Assembly: GCA_930990975.1 (NCBI GenBank)
Contig: CAKNRR010000002.1
Span: 129,663-193,662 of the forward strand
Length of the DNA: 64,000 nt
Direction of reading: 5' to 3'
Source of the DNA: an uncultured Clostridia bacterium
GTDB lineage: Bacteria; Bacillota; Clostridia; Christensenellales; UBA1242
Part shown: piece after piece, positions 57,738 to 64,000 of the stretch
Numbering within the stretch: the stretch's first letter is position 1
How the letters are laid out: each line of letters starts with the position of its first letter
Notes under the pieces: model-generated
What the model saw: only the letters and a program-made list of their open reading frames with translations
What the model was told of the DNA's origin: nothing
The model's database searches: none
Translations under genes and position numbers: made by a program

Positions 57738-59056
57738 ATAATTTCCCCCTTAAAATCGCTGCCATCAAAGTCTGTTATTCTCACCTTTACAAAGCTTTGA
57801 CAACTTATATTACCATTATCCACAAAACATACATTAAAGTCAACTAAAGGTGACATTTTTTTGCTATGTCCTGTAAATTCTCCTGTATTTTCATCGAATG
57901 AATCGACAAGCACCTCAATTTCTTGACCAATCAACTGTGCTGCTTTTTTCTCAACTATCGTCTTTTGCAAGTTTGTTATCTTTTTTGTTCTATAACTCTT
58001 TATGTATTTATTTATCTGTTTTTTCATATAGAAGCTTGCAGTGTTTTGTTCTCTTGAATATGGGAAAAATCCTGCATAATCAAATTCCGCTTCTTCAATA
58101 AACTTGCAAAGTTTTTTAAATTGTTTCCGTGTTTCTCCAGGATAACCAATTATAAATGTTGAACGCAATGCTATTTCTGGATAATTTGTTTTTATTTTTG
58201 CAATAAGTTTTCGTGTGTCCTCTTCATTCAATCTTCTTCTCATGCTTGTCAATATTTCATCATCAATGTGTTGCAATGGTATATCTATGTATTTACACAT
58301 CTTTTCATTTTTTGAAATATATTCAAGCAATTCGTCACTGACTTTTTCTGGGTAAGCATAATGAAATCTTATCCATTTTAAATCTTTTATCTTTGATAAT
58401 TTTTCACAAAGATTTATTAAAGCATTTTCTCCGTATAAATCTTCACCATATCTTGTTGTATCTTGAGCAACCAAAATTATCTCTTGAACACCACGGGATA
58501 CAAGGTTTTTGGCTTCATCAACAAGGTCATCCATGTCGTAGCTTACATATCTTCCCCTAATTCTTGGGATAGTACAGTAAGCACAAACATTATTACATCC
58601 ATCTGCTATTTTTAAATATGCAAAACTTGGACTGTTTGTCAAAACTCTTTCAAATTTTTTCGCTGGCTTTGTTAGCTCAACATCATACAGTTTTTCGATT
58701 ATTTGGCAAACATTATCATTTTCTCTTAACTTCATGAAATAGTCAATGGTTGGGAAGTTTTCCTTCATTGAATTATAATTTCTTTCAGGAAAACATCCGC
58801 TTACTATAACCTTTTCAATTACACCGTTTTCTTTCAGTTTTTCCATTTCAAGAATATTCATTATCGCTTCTTCTTGAGCTGGCTGAATAAATGCACATGT
58901 GTTTACGATTACTATATCTGCCCCTTTGACATCATCAGTGATATGAAAACCATATTCCTTAATTCGTCCCAGCATCTTCTCTAGGTCTACTTTATTTTTA
59001 TCACAACCTAAGCTTATTGCAGAAACTATCTTATTTTTTAACTCTTCTTTAGTCAT
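57734..59056 (-). CDS. rimO: ribosomal protein S12 methylthiotransferase RimO
   Basis: I place the start at MTKEELK (ATG 59054-59056), with SD ggag 7 nt upstream, overlapping the ftsK stop (ATGACTAA). Motifs SLGCDKNKVDLE, GCNNVCAYCTIPRIRGR and a C-terminal TRAM-like end. Confidence 0.88.
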   Translation of the reverse strand: MTKEELKNKIVSAISLGCDKNKVDLEKMLGRIKEYGFHITDDVKGADIVIVNTCAFIQPAQEEAIMNILEMEKLKENGVIEKVIVSGCFPERNYNSMKENFPTIDYFMKLRENDNVCQIIEKLYDVELTKPAKKFERVLTNSPSFAYLKIADGCNNVCAYCTIPRIRGRYVSYDMDDLVDEAKNLVSRGVQEIILVAQDTTRYGEDLYGENALINLCEKLSKIKDLKWIRFHYAYPEKVSDELLEYISKNEKMCKYIDIPLQHIDDEILTSMRRRLNEEDTRKLIAKIKTNYPEIALRSTFIIGYPGETRKQFKKLCKFIEEAEFDYAGFFPYSREQNTASFYMKKQINKYIKSYRTKKITNLQKTIVEKKAAQLIGQEIEVLVDSFDENTGEFTGHSKKMSPLVDFNVCFVDNGNISCQSFVKVRITDFDGSDFKGEII

Positions 59057-62000
59057 AAATATCTCCAAATATTGAATAGAATTCATCTATCGTTATATAA
59101 ACAGAACGCTGTTTTGATCCTTCCGCACTTGATATATAACCCCTCTCTTCCATCTGATCAACTATACGAGCTGCTCTTGGATAGCCTATTGACAATTTTC
59201 TTTGAACCATGGTTGTAGATGCTACGCCATTATCAATACATATCTTCAAAGCTTGTGGCAACAATGGATCAACTCCATTATTTTCTCCGCCACCATTATT
59301 TGATGCTTTATTAGGATTGTTTATTGCATTGTTTGCTTCCTCATCAAATATCTCTTCATTGTTTGCTGTTATAAAGTTGACAATATCTTTTGTTTCTGGA
59401 GTATCTATAAAGCATCCTTGCAATCTTGCTGGCTCTGCATCTGCTGGTTTATAAAGCATATCACCATAACCAAGCAATTTTTCAGCACCTGTCATACCTA
59501 AGATAACTTCGCTATCGACTCTGCCTGCAACCTTAAACGCTATTCTTGCTGGCAAGTTTGCCTTAAGTGTTCCTGTAACTACATCTGTTGAAGGTCTTTG
59601 GGTCGCCAAAATCAAGTGAATTCCTGCAGCTCTCGCTTTCCCTGCAAGTCTTCTAATCTTATCTTCAATTTCATTTTTTGCAACAGCCATAAAGTCGGCA
59701 AACTCATCAAAGATTATCACGATATAAGGCATTTTTCTTACTTTGTTTTGAAGAACTTTGTCAATCTTGTTGTATTCACCTATATTACGAACCCTCTCTT
59801 CAGAGATAAGTTTAAATCTTCTTTCCATCTCATCTACTGCCCACTGCAATGCGTTGACAGCTTTTGTTGGGTCAGTTATGACTCTTGGAACAACCATATG
59901 AGGCAATCCTTCATACATTGAAAGCTCAACTTGTTTAGGGTCAATCATAATAAACTTGACTTCATCAGGAGAAGCTTTGTAAAGAATTGATGTTATGATT
60001 GTGTTTAAGCACACACTCTTACCAGAACCAGTTGTACCTGCAACAAGAAGATGTGGCATCTTTTGTAGGTTGCAAATTCTAACATTTCCTGTAATATCTT
60101 TTCCAAGAGCAAAAGTCAATGGTGATGGGCTCAAAGTGAACTCTTTAGATTGCAATACATCTTTTATTGATACTTTTGCAACCTTATTGTTTGGCACTTC
60201 TATACCGACAATACTTCTTCCTGGAATTGGTGCTTCAACTCTTATTTGTCCATTTGCAGAAAGAGCATATGCAATATCCGCATCAAGAGATAAAATACGC
60301 TTTACTGAAATTCCTTCTGGCATTTCAATTTCATATCTTGTGACTGTTGGACCAATGACAACATTTTGTACTTTCGCTGGTACTCCGAAATTTTCAAGAG
60401 CATTTTCTAGCGCCACCCTCTTCATTGGTATCTCTTCATTAAACATTGACAAATCATCTGATTTGGTTGTAATTAAATCCAAAGGTGGGCGTGTATATTT
60501 GTAAGGTTTAATTTTTTCTGGTGGTTTTTCTTCATCAAGTTGAACAAACTTCTTTCTCTTTTCCATTTCATCCATAGGGCGAGTTGGTCTTTCTAAGCCC
60601 TCTTGTCGCATAGCTGACCTATCAAGTCCTTGTCCCTCTTGTCGCATTTGGTTTCTATCAAAGCTGTTTGTTTGTCTAGCAAGATTGTTTCTATCATTTC
60701 TATCAACCAAATTATTGTTTCTATTTAAACTGTTTTCTTGTTCTTTTTTGCTTTCTTCAATAGCATTGATTCTTTCACGCTCTCTAATAAGATTTATATC
60801 ATTATTTTCATCATTATCATCATCGTCATCAACATTATTTCTTAAATTCAAATTATCTCTATCAAATGATGCTCTATTTAAATCTCTATTAATTGATGAG
60901 CTGTCTTTTTCGTTTGACGAAGCACCACTACTTGAAGTGCCACTACTTATTGAATTATAGTCAATATAATCGCTATAATTTGATTCTGCTTGTTTTTCAA
61001 TATCATCTTCGCGTTCGATTTTCTCTTGTTCTACAACCTGTCTAATAATATCTTCTGCCTCACTTGTTATCTCTTCAGGTTTCACATCTGGAAGATTCCC
61101 CCTGCGTAAAGCTTGCGACTGTGACAAATCATAGCTTTCTTCATGGACAAAAGAAGAAGGTTTTATCTCCTCATTATTCTTCATTGCTTCAATGTTTCTA
61201 TTGATTTCATTTATTGTCACATTATTGTTTGGAATGCTGTTTGTAATTGGTTTTTGTGGTGCATTTGAAAAACTGCTGTTCATATTCATTTGTGAATATG
61301 AGCTTTGCATATTTGGTTGCATTGGCTGAGTTTGTCTTGGCTTTGGTTTATGGTCCATAAATTTTTCTATATCAACCTTTGGTGGCGACAGTAGGTACTC
61401 TCTAATTGACATCCCTTCTGGAACTTTACCTTTTGCTTCCTTTTCTTCTGGCAATTTCAACTCATTTTTTGCATATTGGTTTGATTGATACCCGCCAACA
61501 AGACCAAGTTTTTCCCTTGCTGATAACTCCTTCTTTTCTTCCTCTTCCCTATTGCCTGCAAGCATTACATTGACTCTTGGCATTTCCTTTCTATAATCAT
61601 TTTCAAGATTTCGTTGAGGTTGTCTAGGGTTGTTTATTACACTTTCTTTTTTCTCTTTTATTTGAAGCTTTATTGGCTTTTGTTCGTTTGCTGTTTTTCT
61701 TAATGAAATAACCGCTTCAACAAAGAATGCAACACAAGTTATGAATGCAACTGCCAAAACAACATATGTTGCTGGCAAGCCCATCAAATATGCAAGAGAA
61801 GCTGGAATAAATCCAATAATCATTCCACCTGCAGTGATTTGTTTTGTGTAGTTTAAGGCTATATAACTTCCATAGCTAAGGTTGCTTGGAGAACCGATTA
61901 TAATAAGTTGAATTATAGACAAAAATAACACCAAGCTTAAACTTAGAAAAATTGCATATTTTTTTGGCATAACATACTTTTTGTTATTAAGAAGTGCAAG

Positions 62001-62216
62001 CGCTATAATAAAGCCTAAAACAGAAAGCGGATAAACAAATATTCCAAGAATCCCTAAAAAGAAATATTGCAAATCTGGAACTATCTTTGTAACTGAAAAT
62101 AAAAATACAAAGGTAGACAAAGCAAGTATTATCCACCCTGCAACTTGTTTTAAATTACTATTCTTATTTTTCCCACTCTTATTTACTTGAAATGTAGCCA
62201 TTTTTTCCCTTTTCAA
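59049..62216 (-). CDS. ftsK: DNA translocase FtsK/SpoIIIE
   Basis: Four or more N-terminal TM helices and a ~400-aa N/D/E/R/Q-rich linker. The motor domain has GTTGSGKSV, IVIIFDEFADFM and ATQRPS. The C-terminal gamma domain is STTMVQRKLSIGYPRAARIVD. Confidence 0.94.
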   Translation of the reverse strand: MKREKMATFQVNKSGKNKNSNLKQVAGWIILALSTFVFLFSVTKIVPDLQYFFLGILGIFVYPLSVLGFIIALALLNNKKYVMPKKYAIFLSLSLVLFLSIIQLIIIGSPSNLSYGSYIALNYTKQITAGGMIIGFIPASLAYLMGLPATYVVLAVAFITCVAFFVEAVISLRKTANEQKPIKLQIKEKKESVINNPRQPQRNLENDYRKEMPRVNVMLAGNREEEEKKELSAREKLGLVGGYQSNQYAKNELKLPEEKEAKGKVPEGMSIREYLLSPPKVDIEKFMDHKPKPRQTQPMQPNMQSSYSQMNMNSSFSNAPQKPITNSIPNNNVTINEINRNIEAMKNNEEIKPSSFVHEESYDLSQSQALRRGNLPDVKPEEITSEAEDIIRQVVEQEKIEREDDIEKQAESNYSDYIDYNSISSGTSSSGASSNEKDSSSINRDLNRASFDRDNLNLRNNVDDDDDNDENNDINLIRERERINAIEESKKEQENSLNRNNNLVDRNDRNNLARQTNSFDRNQMRQEGQGLDRSAMRQEGLERPTRPMDEMEKRKKFVQLDEEKPPEKIKPYKYTRPPLDLITTKSDDLSMFNEEIPMKRVALENALENFGVPAKVQNVVIGPTVTRYEIEMPEGISVKRILSLDADIAYALSANGQIRVEAPIPGRSIVGIEVPNNKVAKVSIKDVLQSKEFTLSPSPLTFALGKDITGNVRICNLQKMPHLLVAGTTGSGKSVCLNTIITSILYKASPDEVKFIMIDPKQVELSMYEGLPHMVVPRVITDPTKAVNALQWAVDEMERRFKLISEERVRNIGEYNKIDKVLQNKVRKMPYIVIIFDEFADFMAVAKNEIEDKIRRLAGKARAAGIHLILATQRPSTDVVTGTLKANLPARIAFKVAGRVDSEVILGMTGAEKLLGYGDMLYKPADAEPARLQGCFIDTPETKDIVNFITANNEEIFDEEANNAINNPNKASNNGGGENNGVDPLLPQALKICIDNGVASTTMVQRKLSIGYPRAARIVDQMEERGYISSAEGSKQRSVYITIDEFYSIFGDIYD

Positions 62217-62499
62217 TATATAAAAATATTAATTTAATAAAAACCGATAATCTTATTTCTATTTTTCGCGTCTAATATACTATAGCACAAAACAAAAATA
62301 TTCACAAGTATGAACTCAAATTTTTATATAATATTTTTGTAAATTTATTGTTTATTTTGTTAAAAGAAAAAAGTGAATTTTAAAGTTTTTGATTTTTTAA
62401 ATATAAAAAAACACATATAAAAATGACAAATAAAAACCGATTTTTTTATTTATTCAATTTTATACATGTTTTAATTTTAATTTTGTATTTATTTTTTTG

Positions 62500-63228
62500 T
62501 TATATATTTATACCTATTGTATCGCTTACAGTGGTTAAAGAGAAGTTGTTAGTTTGGAAATAATCAATAATCTTAGGCAATGCTTCAACAGTATTTTTTG
62601 TTGGATGCATCAAAATCAAATCTCCACCTTTTGCATTTTTAATAGCCCTTGAATAAATTAAATTTGTATCATGGTCGCGCCAATCTATCGTATCGCGAGT
62701 CCACATTATTGTATGATATCCTAAGGACGAAGCACAAGAAACTGTAAGTTTGTCGTACGCGCCACTTGGAGGTGCAAACAAATTCATTTCAACACCAAGT
62801 AGTTCTTTCACAATTTTATGAGTAGTGCTTATTTCATTTAAATTGCCTGCTTCATCCAGCTTATTGTGGTCTTTATGATGATATCCATGATTTGCAAGTT
62901 CATGTCCAGCTTCATAAATTTTAGTTAAGTAATCTTCATTCAAAACCGCCCATGTCCCGCCAATAAAAAATGTAGTCTTTACATTCTTCTCTTCCAAAAT
63001 CTCAATCATATCATCAAGATATTCTGTCCCCCAATAAACATTTATCATCAAACTTACCTTATTGGATGATGTATCTCCATTATAATACACCCCACTCACT
63101 GCACTTGTAGGCATTGCATTCACTCCTGCGTAGATAGCAAATGCACCAATAACTCCAACTATGATTGCAATGGCAAGATTGCTTGCCCAGCGTCTAACCT
63201 TAAAAACTGCAAAATGTATCTTTTTCAT
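62500..63228 (-). CDS. pdaB: polysaccharide deacetylase, PdaB-like (sporulation type)
   Basis: N-terminal TM, then VSLMINVYWGTEY...TTFFIGGTW...GHELANHGY.H...L...FAPPSG...DTIDW..., colinear with B. subtilis PdaB as I remember it. Confidence 0.7.
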   Translation of the reverse strand: MKKIHFAVFKVRRWASNLAIAIIVGVIGAFAIYAGVNAMPTSAVSGVYYNGDTSSNKVSLMINVYWGTEYLDDMIEILEEKNVKTTFFIGGTWAVLNEDYLTKIYEAGHELANHGYHHKDHNKLDEAGNLNEISTTHKIVKELLGVEMNLFAPPSGAYDKLTVSCASSLGYHTIMWTRDTIDWRDHDTNLIYSRAIKNAKGGDLILMHPTKNTVEALPKIIDYFQTNNFSLTTVSDTIGINI

Positions 63229-63577
63229 ACTTCACTATATTCTTGAAAACAAAAATTTATGACATAAATTAAAATATATTTCATGAAAAATATACACATA
63301 AATCAATCATTTATTTAAACATTGATATAGACTATGATATATCCAAATTTGATAATCATTTTTAACATTCTAAGTGAATTTAAGCAATGCACTTCCATTG
63401 CGTCATTGCATAAATGCACATATACATCATTTTCGCTTAAACGAAGTTACTTTAGCACACTTGGCTAAGCTTTTACTAACAAACTTTTTACTTATTAACC
63501 TTGATTTCTATTAGACATTATGATATAATAAAATCATTAAAGAAAAATTGTTTTCAAAACATTTTAAGGAGGTTTTT

Positions 63578-64000
63578 ATGTCTTCAAGAGATACAGAAAG
63601 CAAGGTGAACTTTGCGAGCGTAGTTTTGGGTGGAACAATACTTTTGATTGGTGCGACTGCTGGTATATGTATGATTGTAAATAATAGTCAAAATGATAAA
63701 GCTATCGCTTCTGAAAAAGCTCAATTTGAAGAACTGCTTGCCATGGATGCAAATGTAGAAAAATTTAACCTTTCAAACTTTGATTGGTTAAATGAAAATA
63801 GCGATTATTTCTTTGTTTTTACTGGCGACGCATTGAAAAAAGATAATCAACCTATAGAATTCATTTCGTCTAAATATAAAATTTCACAAGAAAACTATAA
63901 CAGTATGGTTGAATATTTAAACACTGTTGAAGGAAAAAATCATAAAGATTTATACTCAAAACTTTTAGAAATCGTTTTGGAAAGTGAATTAGTTGATTGT
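63578..64000 (+). CDS. hypothetical membrane-anchored protein, 5' part (runs off the window end)
   Basis: ATG at 63578 follows SD aaggagg. 141 codons are open to nt 64000 (checked codon by codon). One TM helix (VVLGGTILLIGATAGICMIV). Not in the supplied track because no stop is reached. Confidence 0.6.
   Translation, partial: MSSRDTESKVNFASVVLGGTILLIGATAGICMIVNNSQNDKAIASEKAQFEELLAMDANVEKFNLSNFDWLNENSDYFFVFTGDALKKDNQPIEFISSKYKISQENYNSMVEYLNTVEGKNHKDLYSKLLEIVLESELVDC

Noticed and set aside
60600-61050. Low-complexity, repeat-looking stretches in ftsK. Similar stretches occur in the TM2 gene tail (34250-34800) and the pgsA tail (56950-57150).
   Set aside because: They are in-frame N/D/E/R-rich linkers or tails of otherwise clear genes, with no spacer-repeat architecture. 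They were considered as CRISPR or tandem repeats and dismissed.

Overview
AT-rich window (roughly 70% A+T by eye, not computed) from a low-GC, endospore-forming Firmicute. Sporulation markers are a pro-sigma-K-like sigma factor, a SpoIVFB-type M50 protease, and SpoIIM-, YlbJ-, PdaB- and DacB-like genes. The RNase P RNA has the type-A layout, which suggests Clostridia rather than Bacilli or Mollicutes. From about 13 kb onward the window is ordinary, mostly minus-strand chromosomal backbone with Bacillus-like synteny: rnpB, sigK-like, ftsY-smc-rnc-plsX-rpmF, ackA-pta, rnhA, degV, tRNA-Ser, mnmA, scpAB-dacB-spoIIM, ynbB-miaA-mutL-mutS-miaB, a class A PBP, recA-cinA-pgsA-rimO-ftsK and pdaB. Two accessory patches stand out. 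(1) 1-7.5 kb holds the 3' end of an RHS/WapA-type polymorphic toxin with an immunity gene, a silent orphan toxin/immunity cassette and a stranded RHS-core fragment. Directly after it comes a phage-less tail-fibre module: a stand-alone receptor-binding-type protein, a 3-TM coiled-coil protein, an XkdV-like fibre and a small XkdW-like protein. Two units of that module carry a duplicated leader with 10-nt-phased TTAG repeats and a start-stop mini-ORF. (2) 8.8-13 kb holds a 1.26-kb insert encoding a TM plus Cys-rich zinc-ribbon protein, flanked by diverged direct repeats that each carry the rarA promoter, SD and start. Beside it are a decayed rarA paralogue, a triple winged-helix ORF and a 420-aa orphan. 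My best candidate for an undescribed system is the RHS array plus tail-fibre module with its shared leader. The second candidate is a 455-aa protein with a DAC (DisA_N)-like C-terminus lacking the RHR motif. No CRISPR array, transposase or integrase was seen. All family assignments come from reading motifs by eye; no searches were run.
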